DNA from: Bacilli bacterium
Lineage (GTDB): Bacteria; Bacillota_I; Bacilli_A; RFN20; CAG-826
DNA: 38,306 nt
Direction: 5' to 3'
Assembly: GCA_036649855.1 (NCBI GenBank)
Contig: JAVWAV010000006.1
Location: 1 to 38,306 of the forward strand
How positions within the stretch are numbered: the first letter of the stretch is position 1; every line of letters begins with the position of its first letter. The notes under the pieces are model-generated. The model searched no databases. It was not told the origin of the DNA and saw only the letters and a list, made by a program, of their open reading frames with translations. The position numbers and the translations under genes were made by a program. Positions 8,978-17,769 of the stretch are shown here, one piece after another.

Positions 8978-10377
8978 TGAAAAAGAATTTTTATGAGGAA
9001 GATAAAGAATATAAATATGGGTTTAGTGATGAAGATAAATCTATTACCAAAACTGCACTTGGATTAAGTGAAGAAACAGTAAGAGAAATATCTAATCTTA
9101 AAAACGAACCAGAATGGATGCTTAATTTTAGACTTAAGTCTTTTGATGCTTTTACAAAACTTCCGATGCCTAAATTTGGTCCAAATTTAGGCATGTTAGA
9201 TTTTGATTCATATACTTATTTTATTAGATCTTCTGTTAAGGAAGAAAAAAGTTGGGATGAAGTACCAGAAACGATTAAAAACACATTTCAAAAATTAGGA
9301 ATTCCAGAAGCTGAACAAAAATATTTAGCAGGAGTAAGTACTCAATACGAAAGTGAAGTTGTGTATCATAATATGCTAAAAGAAGTTGAAGAAAAAGGTG
9401 TTGTTTTTCTTTCAACTGATCAGGCATTAAAACTTTATCCAGATCTTTTTAAGAAATATTTTAATAGTGTAATTCCTTTTGCTGATAATAAATTTAGTGC
9501 ATTAAACGGAGCAGTTTGGTCGGGTGGATCATTTATTTATGTTCCAAAAGGTGTAAAACTTGAGAAACCATTACAATCTTATTTTAGAATAAATAATGAA
9601 AAAATGGGGCAATTTGAAAGAACGCTTATTATTGTTGATGAAGGAGCTGATGTACATTATGTTGAAGGCTGTACTGCTCCAATTCACTCTAAAGATTCAT
9701 TACACGCTGCTGTTGTAGAAATTATTATTCTTGATGGTGGTAAATGTAGATATAGTACTATTCAAAATTGGTCTGATAATATCGTAAATCTTGTTACTAA
9801 ACGTGCATTATGTATGAAAAATGCATCAATGGATTGGATAGATGGAAATATAGGTTCTCAAATTAATATGAAATATCCTGCTTGCATATTAGCAGGAGAA
9901 GGCGCTAAAGGAAATTGTATTTCGATTGCTGTAGCTTCTCACGGTCAAATTCAAGATGCTGGAGCAAGAATGATTCATTTAGCACCTAATACAACTTCTA
10001 ATATTATTTCAAAATCTATTGTTAAAAATGGTGGAGAAGCAAATTATCGTGGTACTGTAAGAATTGAAAAAAATGCTACAAATTGTAAGGCACATGTTGA
10101 ATGCGATACTTTAATTGTCGATAATAAATCAAAATCTGATACTATTCCAACAAACGAAGTGAGAAATAACACCTCATTTATTGAACATGAAGCAAGTGTT
10201 TCTAAAATATCAGAAGACCAATTATTTTATTTAATGTCGAGAGGCATCACAAGAAAAGATGCTATGCAAATGATTATTATGGGATTTATTGAACCATTTT
10301 CAAAAGAATTACCAATGGAATACGCCGTAGAACTCAATCAACTTATCAAGATGGACATGGAAGGAAGCATTGGCTAA
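8977..10377 (+). CDS. sufB: Fe-S cluster assembly protein SufB
   Basis: TAATG coupling with sufU; [43 protein letters not shown]. Confidence 0.98.
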   Translation: MKKNFYEEDKEYKYGFSDEDKSITKTALGLSEETVREISNLKNEPEWMLNFRLKSFDAFTKLPMPKFGPNLGMLDFDSYTYFIRSSVKEEKSWDEVPETIKNTFQKLGIPEAEQKYLAGVSTQYESEVVYHNMLKEVEEKGVVFLSTDQALKLYPDLFKKYFNSVIPFADNKFSALNGAVWSGGSFIYVPKGVKLEKPLQSYFRINNEKMGQFERTLIIVDEGADVHYVEGCTAPIHSKDSLHAAVVEIIILDGGKCRYSTIQNWSDNIVNLVTKRALCMKNASMDWIDGNIGSQINMKYPACILAGEGAKGNCISIAVASHGQIQDAGARMIHLAPNTTSNIISKSIVKNGGEANYRGTVRIEKNATNCKAHVECDTLIVDNKSKSDTIPTNEVRNNTSFIEHEASVSKISEDQLFYLMSRGITRKDAMQMIIMGFIEPFSKELPMEYAVELNQLIKMDMEGSIG

Positions 10378-10380
10378 AAT

Positions 10381-12270
10381 ATGACGAAATATTCAGTTAT
10401 AGTAGTTGGCGGCGGGCATGCTGGCGTTGAAGCTGCTCATATTGCTGCAAAAATGGGTTGTAAAACCTTGCTTATTACTCTTAATTTTAAAAAAGTTGCC
10501 AACATGCCCTGTAATCCATCAATTGGCGGATCAGCAAAAGGTATTGTGGTACGTGAAATAGATGCTTTAGGTGGATTAATGGGTAAAGCAGCTGATGTTA
10601 ACTATTTACAATTAAAGATGCTTAATACAGGTAAAGGACCTGGCGTTCAGTGCTTAAGAGCACAACAAGATAAGCTTGCTTATCCTGAACGTGTTTTAGA
10701 AATGCTCAAAAACACTGCAAATCTCAACTTAATTGAAGGAATGGTAACTGAACTTATATTAGATAATAATGTTGTGGTTGGAGTAAAACTTAAAACCGGA
10801 GAAGAAATAAAAGGTGATTCTGTTATTTTAACAACGGGAACATATATGGAAAGCGATATTCTTGTTGGTCATGAAAAAGTGATGGCAGGACCAGATGGAG
10901 AAGAACCATCTTTAGGTCTATCTCCATTTTTACGTGATAAAATGGGGATAGACCTTATTAGACTAAAAACTGGTACTCCTCAAAGAATTAAAAAGAGTTC
11001 AATTGATTTTAGTAAAATGCATGAAGAATTAGGAACGGATGATGAATTAGCTTTTTCTTATGAAACAACAGAATATGTTCCTTTTAATAAACAACTTCCG
11101 TGTTATTTAATTTATACAGAACCTACTACACATCAAATAATAAGAGATAATTTAATGTTATCTGCAATGTATAGTGGACTAGTAGAAGGAGTTGGTCCTA
11201 GGTATTGCCCTTCTATTGAAGATAAGATTGTTAGATTTGCAGATAAACCAAGACATCAATTGTTTTTAGAACCAGAATCAAGATTAACTGATTCATATTA
11301 TCTACAAGGTTTTTCAACTTCAATGCCACGAGAAGTACAACTTAAGATGGTACATTCATTACTTGGTCTTGAAGATGCTATTATTTTAAAATATGCTTAT
11401 GCTATTGAATATGATGCAATTGATCCACTTCAATTTGATAAGACATTAATGTTAAAATCTTATCCTGGACTTTATATTGCTGGTCAAATATGTGGTACAT
11501 CAGGATACGAAGAAGCTGGTGGATTAGGTCTTGTTGCTGGAATAAATGCTGTTCTTAGACTTCGCAAAGAAGAACCATTTATTATGGGAAGAGATGAATC
11601 CTATATTGGAGTTATGATTGATGATATTGTTAATAAAGGAATAAAAGATCCTTATAGATTACTTTCTTCACGTGCAGAATTTAGATTGTTGTTACGTAGT
11701 GATAACGCTGATATAAGATTAAGAAAATATGCTCATAAATTTGCAACCATTAGTGATGAACTATATGATAAATTTCTTGAAAAAGAAAAAATAGAGCAAG
11801 ATTTAATTCTTTATTTATCTGCCACTCATATTGGTGAGAACGAAATGCTTGATAAATATTATCGTGAAATCAATAATGGTGAAACTTATAGAAGAGGTGT
11901 GACAATCGCTGATATTATTAAACATCCTGATAGTGAACTTCTTAAAGTATTTGCATGTTTCCCAAATTTATCTAATTTAAATTTATCAAAACTAATTTTA
12001 CGCCAAGTAGAAATTGCAGTAAAATATGAAGGTTATATTAAAAAACAAAAAGCTGATGCTGATAAACTTCTTAAGCTTGAAAACATTAAATTACCTGATG
12101 ATTTGGATTACTTACATATCGATGGACTAGCTTTAGAAGCTAGAACTAAACTTGATAAAATTAAGCCTATTTCTATTGGCCAAGCTAGTAGAATATCTGG
12201 AATTAATCCGAGTGATATTACGATTTTAAACTTATATTTGTCCAAAAAAAGAGCGGGGAAAGTTAAATGA
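10381..12270 (+). CDS. mnmG: tRNA uridine-5-carboxymethylaminomethyl(34) synthesis enzyme MnmG (GidA)
   Basis: GGGHAGVEAA, MPCNPSIGG, RLKTGTP, GPRYCPSIEDK, YAIEYD, RISGINP. Confidence 0.98.
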   Translation: MTKYSVIVVGGGHAGVEAAHIAAKMGCKTLLITLNFKKVANMPCNPSIGGSAKGIVVREIDALGGLMGKAADVNYLQLKMLNTGKGPGVQCLRAQQDKLAYPERVLEMLKNTANLNLIEGMVTELILDNNVVVGVKLKTGEEIKGDSVILTTGTYMESDILVGHEKVMAGPDGEEPSLGLSPFLRDKMGIDLIRLKTGTPQRIKKSSIDFSKMHEELGTDDELAFSYETTEYVPFNKQLPCYLIYTEPTTHQIIRDNLMLSAMYSGLVEGVGPRYCPSIEDKIVRFADKPRHQLFLEPESRLTDSYYLQGFSTSMPREVQLKMVHSLLGLEDAIILKYAYAIEYDAIDPLQFDKTLMLKSYPGLYIAGQICGTSGYEEAGGLGLVAGINAVLRLRKEEPFIMGRDESYIGVMIDDIVNKGIKDPYRLLSSRAEFRLLLRSDNADIRLRKYAHKFATISDELYDKFLEKEKIEQDLILYLSATHIGENEMLDKYYREINNGETYRRGVTIADIIKHPDSELLKVFACFPNLSNLNLSKLILRQVEIAVKYEGYIKKQKADADKLLKLENIKLPDDLDYLHIDGLALEARTKLDKIKPISIGQASRISGINPSDITILNLYLSKKRAGKVK

Positions 12271-12980
12271 ACTTTGAAGAATTGACATTAAAAATTAATG
12301 AACTTATTAAAGATAAAACAAAAGCAAGCGAGATTTGCAGTGATTTTAGAACTTATTTCGATTTTTTGGTCGAAGAAAATTCAAAATATAACTTAACTGC
12401 TATTACAGTTGAGTCTGAAGTAATTGCAAAACATTTTTATGATTCAATTTTGCCATTATTTGAATTTTCTTTTGCAGGAAAAAAGGTAATTGATGTTGGA
12501 ACGGGAGCTGGATTTCCTGGAATACCACTTCTATTATGTTGTCCAAGTATTAGTCTTACTTTAGTAGAACCAACTACTAAAAAGTGTATATTTTTAGAAA
12601 AATTATGTTCAATGTTAAAATTAAATAATGTTACTATTCTTAATGCAAGATCAGAAGATCTACCACATACTTATATTGAAAAGTTTGATATTGGTGTTTC
12701 AAGAGCGGTATCTCATCTTAATATAATTAGTGAACTTGTATTACCATTTGTGAAAGTAAACGGATATTTTATTGCTTATAAAGGTGCTTCTTTTGAAGAA
12801 GAAATAAAAGAAGCTGGTAATTGTTTAAAAAAATTAGAATCAAGGATTGAAGATATTAAAAAGTATATGTTAGATACCGATACTGTTCCACGTGCATTAA
12901 TTTATGTTAAAAAACTTAAAAAAATAGAACATAAATATCCACGTACTTACGCAGTAATTAAAGCCAACCCCTTAAAGTAA
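12267..12980 (+). CDS. rsmG: 16S rRNA m7G527 methyltransferase RsmG (GidB)
   Basis: NLTAI, KHFYDS, DVGTGAGFPGIPL, SRAV, KYPR; ATGA overlap with mnmG. Confidence 0.97.
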   Translation: MNFEELTLKINELIKDKTKASEICSDFRTYFDFLVEENSKYNLTAITVESEVIAKHFYDSILPLFEFSFAGKKVIDVGTGAGFPGIPLLLCCPSISLTLVEPTTKKCIFLEKLCSMLKLNNVTILNARSEDLPHTYIEKFDIGVSRAVSHLNIISELVLPFVKVNGYFIAYKGASFEEEIKEAGNCLKKLESRIEDIKKYMLDTDTVPRALIYVKKLKKIEHKYPRTYAVIKANPLK

Positions 12981-13006
12981 TAATATTAATTAGAATGTTT
13001 ATAGTG

Positions 13007-13021
13007 TAAAATGTTATTATG
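13007..13021 (+). promoter_or_regulatory. Candidate -10 element 6 nt before the parA ATG (leaderless type)
   Basis: TAAAAT at 13007-13012, then gttatt, then ATG 13019; no SD. Confidence 0.4.
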
Positions 13022-13789
13022 AAAATTATCGCAGTCGCTAATCAAAAAGGTGGAGTTGGTAAAACTACTTCATCGATATGTTTGTCATCTTCGCTTTCTT
13101 CTTTAGGAAAAAGGGTTCTTTTAATCGACTGCGATCCACAAGGAAACGCTTCAGCTGGATTAGGAATAGATTCTTTAAATTTATCTAAAACTTTATATAA
13201 TGTTTTTTTAAATGAAACTGATATTAATAAGGCTATTAAAAAAACATCAATGCCTAATTTAGAAATAGTTCCTAGTAATATTAACTTAGCTTCAATTGAA
13301 GCTGGAGCTACTAGCTATTCTTATCAACCACAATTTTTACTTAAGAACAATATAGATAAATTAACTAAAACATATGATTATATTATTTTAGATTGTCCAC
13401 CTTCATTAGGATTTTTATCTATCAATGCATTAGCTGCAGCAGATAGTGTATTAATTCCTGTTCAATGTGAATATTTTGCACTTAATGCTGTAGCACAAAT
13501 TCTTGCTACAATTAAACGTATTAAATCACTCTATAATTCTAAACTTGATATTGAAGGATTTCTTCTTACAATGTATGACCCACGTACCAAGTTATGTGTA
13601 GAAATAGGATCACAAATAAGAGGTCTTTTTAAAGAAAACACTTTTATTACAACTATTCCTCGCAATATATCTTTACCAGAAGCTCAAGCTCAAGGAATTC
13701 CAGTTACAATTTTTAGACCAACTTCAGCTGGTTCTTTATCTTACTTAGCTTTAGCTCGTGAGGTCCTTGAAAATGGTGAAACAAGATAA
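13019..13789 (+). CDS. parA: Chromosome partitioning ATPase ParA/Soj
   Basis: NQKGGVGKTT, DCDPQGNAS, DCPPSLG, PVQCEYFAL, TMYDPRT, IPRN. Confidence 0.97.
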   Translation: MKIIAVANQKGGVGKTTSSICLSSSLSSLGKRVLLIDCDPQGNASAGLGIDSLNLSKTLYNVFLNETDINKAIKKTSMPNLEIVPSNINLASIEAGATSYSYQPQFLLKNNIDKLTKTYDYIILDCPPSLGFLSINALAAADSVLIPVQCEYFALNAVAQILATIKRIKSLYNSKLDIEGFLLTMYDPRTKLCVEIGSQIRGLFKENTFITTIPRNISLPEAQAQGIPVTIFRPTSAGSLSYLALAREVLENGETR

Positions 13790-14606
13790 CAAGTTTTTAA
13801 AAAAAGATCTCGAATCGATTTTAAAAAAGTCGTCTGATTTAGGCGTCATTTTAAAAATCGATAAAGCATATTCCGATAACCACACAATTAATGTTTCAAT
13901 GACTGATGTTGTTGATTCTAAATTTTTAAGATATTGTCCACTCGATAATAAAGCGGTTGATAATATTATTGCTTCAATTAAAAATAAAGGTATTATTCAA
14001 CCAACAGTTGGTAGATTTGTGGATGGAAAATATGAAATTGTTGTTGGTAGAAAAAGATATTATGCTTATAAAAAAATGAATCGTCCAACTCTACCGATGA
14101 TCATAGTAGAACTTGAAGATGAAGAAGCTTGTTTAATGGAACTTTTTTATATTTTAGAACAAAGTCAACATAATGTTGTTGAGCTTGCTTCGCTTTATCA
14201 ATTTTTAGCCGTAGATAAATCTTATACTAAAACATCGTTAGCAGAAATTACTAAACAATCAATTGGACAAGTATCTAATCTTATAAGAATATTAAAATTA
14301 CCAAAAGAAGTTCTTGTTCAATTATCAAATAACGAAATATCTTATGGTCACGCAAAAATCATTGTGAATCTTCCAAAAGAAAAGATCAGTTCTATTATTC
14401 CTAAAATAATTAAAAATGATCTTTCTGTAAGAGACGTTGAAAGTTTAGTACGAAATTATAATTCTGATAATGTTGTTTCAGAAGCAGAAGAATTAATTAA
14501 AGAAAAATTAGCTGCAAAAAGCGTCAGAATTACCCGTAACTCAATCCGCATAAATTTTAAAAGTAAGCGAAAAATGGCGGCGTATATGAAAAGTTTGTTA
14601 AAATAA
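13773..14606 (+). CDS. parB: ParB/Spo0J-family protein with divergent motifs
   Basis: SIKNKGIIQP, YEIVVGRKRYYA, HTH region SNLIRILKLP, ISYGHA, LSVRDVE; follows parA. Confidence 0.88.
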   Translation: MVKQDNKFLKKDLESILKKSSDLGVILKIDKAYSDNHTINVSMTDVVDSKFLRYCPLDNKAVDNIIASIKNKGIIQPTVGRFVDGKYEIVVGRKRYYAYKKMNRPTLPMIIVELEDEEACLMELFYILEQSQHNVVELASLYQFLAVDKSYTKTSLAEITKQSIGQVSNLIRILKLPKEVLVQLSNNEISYGHAKIIVNLPKEKISSIIPKIIKNDLSVRDVESLVRNYNSDNVVSEAEELIKEKLAAKSVRITRNSIRINFKSKRKMAAYMKSLLK

Positions 14607-14637
14607 AAAAAATTTCCGTAGAAATTTTTTTTATTTT
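14600..14637. terminator. Bidirectional terminator between convergent parB and ferredoxin
   Basis: Inverted repeat AAAATAAAAAAAATTTC-cgta-GAAATTTTTTTTATTTT. Confidence 0.65.
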
Positions 14638-14644
14638 ATTTTAG

Positions 14645-14824
14645 TTATTCTTCAATAGCGCCTACTGGGCAGCTACCGAGTACTTCTTCGACTGATCCGT
14701 CTTCAACTTCACCGACGACTTCTGCTTTTCCTTCGTCATCAAATTGGAAAGCTTCTGGGTGAGTTGCGTTGCATAAACCGCAACCAATACATGCTTCTTT
14801 ATTAACACTTAATTTCTTTGGCAT
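14645..14824 (-). CDS. fer: Single-cluster [4Fe-4S] ferredoxin
   Basis: CIGCGLC...SCPVGAI; SD GGAGGA ahead of the ATG at 14824. Confidence 0.92.
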   Translation of the reverse strand: MPKKLSVNKEACIGCGLCNATHPEAFQFDDEGKAEVVGEVEDGSVEEVLGSCPVGAIEE

Positions 14825-14844
14825 ATTAAATCCTCCGTGCATTG

Positions 14845-14873
14845 ATTATAAAATATTAATCGTGTCAAATCAA
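14845..14873 (-). promoter_or_regulatory. Putative sigma-A promoter of the ferredoxin gene
   Basis: Minus strand TTGATT, 17-nt spacer, TATAAT. Confidence 0.6.
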
Positions 14874-15000
14874 ATAAAATAATTATGGAAGTAAAGGAAT
14901 TGGATAAAATGATTATATAATTTCTAAATATTTACGAATAAAGAAAATAATTACTATGGCATCTATTAAATATAAATAAATATCTATATAATAATAAAGT

Positions 15001-15297
15001 ATGGAAGCAAGCAACAGAGGAAAACTATATTCTAAATATAGGGATCAGATTTTTATAGGTAAATTTAAGGAAAAATATCACTCAACATCCATATATAGAC
15101 CAAAACATTTAAATGTGCAAAAGAGTGATGACTGTTTCTCGTCTTTAGAGACTAAATCGATTAATGATGAGAAAAGTATTATTTTTAGTAAAGAATTTCA
15201 TGAAATATATCGAGCCAAATTGACTCTTGTGTCTATTGTGATTTTAATATGTATGGTTATATTAGTTGTTGCTGGATATTTTATATTTAAAAGTTAG
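15001..15297 (+). CDS. Hypothetical small protein with a C-terminal TM helix
   Basis: 98 aa; hydrophobic C-terminus (LTLVSIVILICMVILVVAGYFIF); first gene of the cmk-der run. Confidence 0.65.
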   Translation: MEASNRGKLYSKYRDQIFIGKFKEKYHSTSIYRPKHLNVQKSDDCFSSLETKSINDEKSIIFSKEFHEIYRAKLTLVSIVILICMVILVVAGYFIFKS

Positions 15298-15312
15298 AAA
15301 GTGAGAAATGAT

Positions 15313-15996
15313 ATGAAAAACAAATACTTACAAATAGCAATTGACGGGCCTGCTGCCGCAGGTAAAAGCAGCGTGGCAAAACGTGTGGCAAAAGAATTAA
15401 ATTTTATCTACATTGATACGGGTGCAATGTATAGGGCTTTTACCTATGCCGTCTTAAAAGCCGGCTTAGATCCTCAAAATGAGGAAGAAGCTTGTTCACT
15501 AGTAGGACATGTTGATATTATTTTATCAATTGATGGAACAGTTACTTGTAATAATGAAGATGTAACTCATATTATTCGTGAGTTTAGTGTTTCTAGTAAT
15601 GTTTCTTATATTGCTTCTTATCCTGCAATTAGAAAAGATTTAGTAGTAATACAAAGAAAGTTAGCTTCTTTAGGAAACTGTGTGATGGATGGACGTGATA
15701 TTGGAACATATGTTTTACCAAAAGCAGATGTAAAGATATTTCAAATTGCTGATGTTAACGAGAGAGCTAATAGAAGATTTTTAGAAAACCAAGAAAAGGG
15801 TATTCCTTGTTCGTTTGAAGATGTCTTAGCTGATTTAAAGAAACGTGATTTTATTGATTCAAATAGAAAGTTTGCTCCACTTAAACCAGCTGATGATAGC
15901 ATTATTTTAGATACTACTTGTAAAAGTCTTGAAGAAGTTAAAGAAATCATTATTTCCATTATAAAAGAGCATTTAGGAGGTAATCTTAATGCGTAA
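15313..15996 (+). CDS. cmk: Cytidylate kinase
   Basis: IAIDGPAAAGKS, DTGAMYRA, MDGRDIGT, APLKPADD. Confidence 0.97.
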   Translation: MKNKYLQIAIDGPAAAGKSSVAKRVAKELNFIYIDTGAMYRAFTYAVLKAGLDPQNEEEACSLVGHVDIILSIDGTVTCNNEDVTHIIREFSVSSNVSYIASYPAIRKDLVVIQRKLASLGNCVMDGRDIGTYVLPKADVKIFQIADVNERANRRFLENQEKGIPCSFEDVLADLKKRDFIDSNRKFAPLKPADDSIILDTTCKSLEEVKEIIISIIKEHLGGNLNA

Positions 15997-17299
15997 AGTT
16001 GGCACAGTTGCTATTATTGGTTCACCAAACGTTGGTAAATCAACAATATTTAATAGAATAGTTGGAGAAAGAAAGTCGATTATTGATGATGAACCTGGAG
16101 TTACTCGTGATAGAATTTATGCTACCTCGGAGTGGCTTGGTGTTCATTTTTCTCTTATTGATACGGGCGGAATTGAATTAAAGAAACGTCCTTTTCAAGA
16201 ACAAATAAAAGCTCAAGCTGAAATTGCAATTACCGAGGCTGATGTTATTATTTTTGTTGTGGATGGACAAATGGGTTTAGTAAGTGATGATAAATACGTT
16301 GCTAAATTATTATATAAATGTGGAAAGCCAGTTATTCTTGCTGTTAATAAGATTGATAACACCGAATCAATGGCTAATATTCATGAGTTTTATAGTTTAG
16401 GGTTAGGAACTCCAATTGCAGTGTCTGGCGCACATGGTATTGGAATTGGTGATGTACTTGACGAAATTATTAAGAAATTACCAAGAGTTGAAGAAGTTCC
16501 TGAAATTGATGCCCTTAGTTTTTGCGTCATTGGTAGACCAAATGTTGGTAAATCTTCTCTTGTAAATGCTATTTTAGGCAATGAAAGAGCTATTGTTTCT
16601 GAAATTGAAGGTACAACACGTGATTCTACGGACTCATATTTTAAACGTAATGGAAAATTATATTGTGTTGTTGATACGGCTGGAATTAAAAAGCGTGGTC
16701 AAATTTATGAATCAATTGATAAATATGCTTTACTTAGAGCAATGGAAGCAATTGATAGATCAACTCTTGCTATTTTAATGATTGATGGAAGTGAAGGAAT
16801 TAAAGAACAAGATAAACACGTTTTAAGTTATGCGATGGAAAAAAATAAAGGCATTATAATTGCTGTAAATAAATGGGATCTGGTTGTAAAAGATCAATAT
16901 ACGATGGATCTATTTACAAAAAAATTAAGAGAAGAATTTAAATTTGTTGATTATGCTCCAATCGTTTATTTAAGTGCTCTTAAAGGAACACGTATTCATA
17001 CATTATTTGAAATGTTAGATAAAGCATTTGATGCATATAATAGAAGAATTCAAACAAGTATTTTAAATGAGGTTATTCAACAAGCTCAAATATTAAATGA
17101 AGCTCCAGATTTTCATGGTGGAAGATGCAAAATTTATTTTGCTCAACAAGTGAGTGTTCAGCCTCCAACTATAGTTTTATTTGTCAATGATCCACTCTGG
17201 ATGCACTTTAGTTATAAGAGATATATCGAGAATAAATTGAGATCAACATTTGATTTTGATGCCACTCCGATTAATATTATTCTCAGAAAGAAATCATAA
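15989..17299 (+). CDS. der: Ribosome biogenesis GTPase Der (EngA)
   Basis: Two G domains (GSPNVGKS/DTGG/NKID and GRPNVGKS/DTAG/NKWD) and a KH-like C-terminus. Confidence 0.98.
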   Translation: MRKVGTVAIIGSPNVGKSTIFNRIVGERKSIIDDEPGVTRDRIYATSEWLGVHFSLIDTGGIELKKRPFQEQIKAQAEIAITEADVIIFVVDGQMGLVSDDKYVAKLLYKCGKPVILAVNKIDNTESMANIHEFYSLGLGTPIAVSGAHGIGIGDVLDEIIKKLPRVEEVPEIDALSFCVIGRPNVGKSSLVNAILGNERAIVSEIEGTTRDSTDSYFKRNGKLYCVVDTAGIKKRGQIYESIDKYALLRAMEAIDRSTLAILMIDGSEGIKEQDKHVLSYAMEKNKGIIIAVNKWDLVVKDQYTMDLFTKKLREEFKFVDYAPIVYLSALKGTRIHTLFEMLDKAFDAYNRRIQTSILNEVIQQAQILNEAPDFHGGRCKIYFAQQVSVQPPTIVLFVNDPLWMHFSYKRYIENKLRSTFDFDATPINIILRKKS

Positions 17300-17381
17300 T
17301 TACAAAAATTAATTATTAATATTTTATTAAAAAATTGCTATTGTATTGAATTCATCGAAATAACCCTGAAAAAAATAGTAC

Positions 17382-17411
17382 TTGTATTATATTTGCATTG
17401 TTGTATATAAT
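17382..17411 (+). promoter_or_regulatory. Putative promoter of the HU gene
   Basis: TTGTAT, 18-nt spacer, TATAAT, then SD AAAGGAG. Confidence 0.45.
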
Positions 17412-17434
17412 TAAAGTATCAAAGGAGATATTTT

Positions 17435-17704
17435 ATGAATAAACAAGAGTTAGTTTTAAGTTTATCAGAAAAATTGGATGTCACTGGAAAAGAAGCAGGA
17501 AGAGTCTTAGACGCAGTAATTGATGTTATCATTGAAGCATTAAAAGAAGGCGACGCTGTTAAGTTAGCCGGCTTCGGTACATTTGCTGTCAAAGAAAGAG
17601 CTGCAAGAGAAGGCGTTGCTCCAGGAACAAAAAATAAAATCCACATTCCAGCAAGAAAAGCCATTGGCTTTAAAGCTGCTAAATCACTCAAAGAAGAGAT
17701 TTAA
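17435..17704 (+). CDS. hup: DNA-binding protein HU
   Basis: MNKQELV, GFGTFAVKERAAREG, IPARKAIGFKAAKSLKE. Confidence 0.96.
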   Translation: MNKQELVLSLSEKLDVTGKEAGRVLDAVIDVIIEALKEGDAVKLAGFGTFAVKERAAREGVAPGTKNKIHIPARKAIGFKAAKSLKEEI

Positions 17705-17723
17705 AAATTTTAGATAAGATTAC

Positions 17724-17750
17724 AAAAATGGACCTATGGTCCATTTTTTT
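17724..17750 (+). terminator. Rho-independent terminator after HU
   Basis: AAAAATGGACC-tat-GGTCCATTTTTTT hairpin with a U tract. Confidence 0.85.
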
Positions 17751-17751
17751 A

Positions 17752-17769
17752 TGTTATAATTTTAATATG
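17752..17769 (+). promoter_or_regulatory. Extended -10 promoter 6 nt before the cca ATG (leaderless type)
   Basis: TG-t-TATAAT at 17752-17760, then tttaat, then ATG 17767; no SD. Confidence 0.55.

Noticed and set aside
10381-14606. oriC near the mnmG-rsmG-parAB block
   Set aside because: No dnaA gene, and no cluster of TTATCCACA boxes was seen in the intergenic regions.
17419-17691. 90-aa ORF antisense to HU, and similar shadow ORFs in sufB, cmk, der, nth, recU, rny, miaB, fhs, the ABC genes and ychF
   Set aside because: These are typical antisense or alternate-frame open frames of conserved genes, with no independent motifs.
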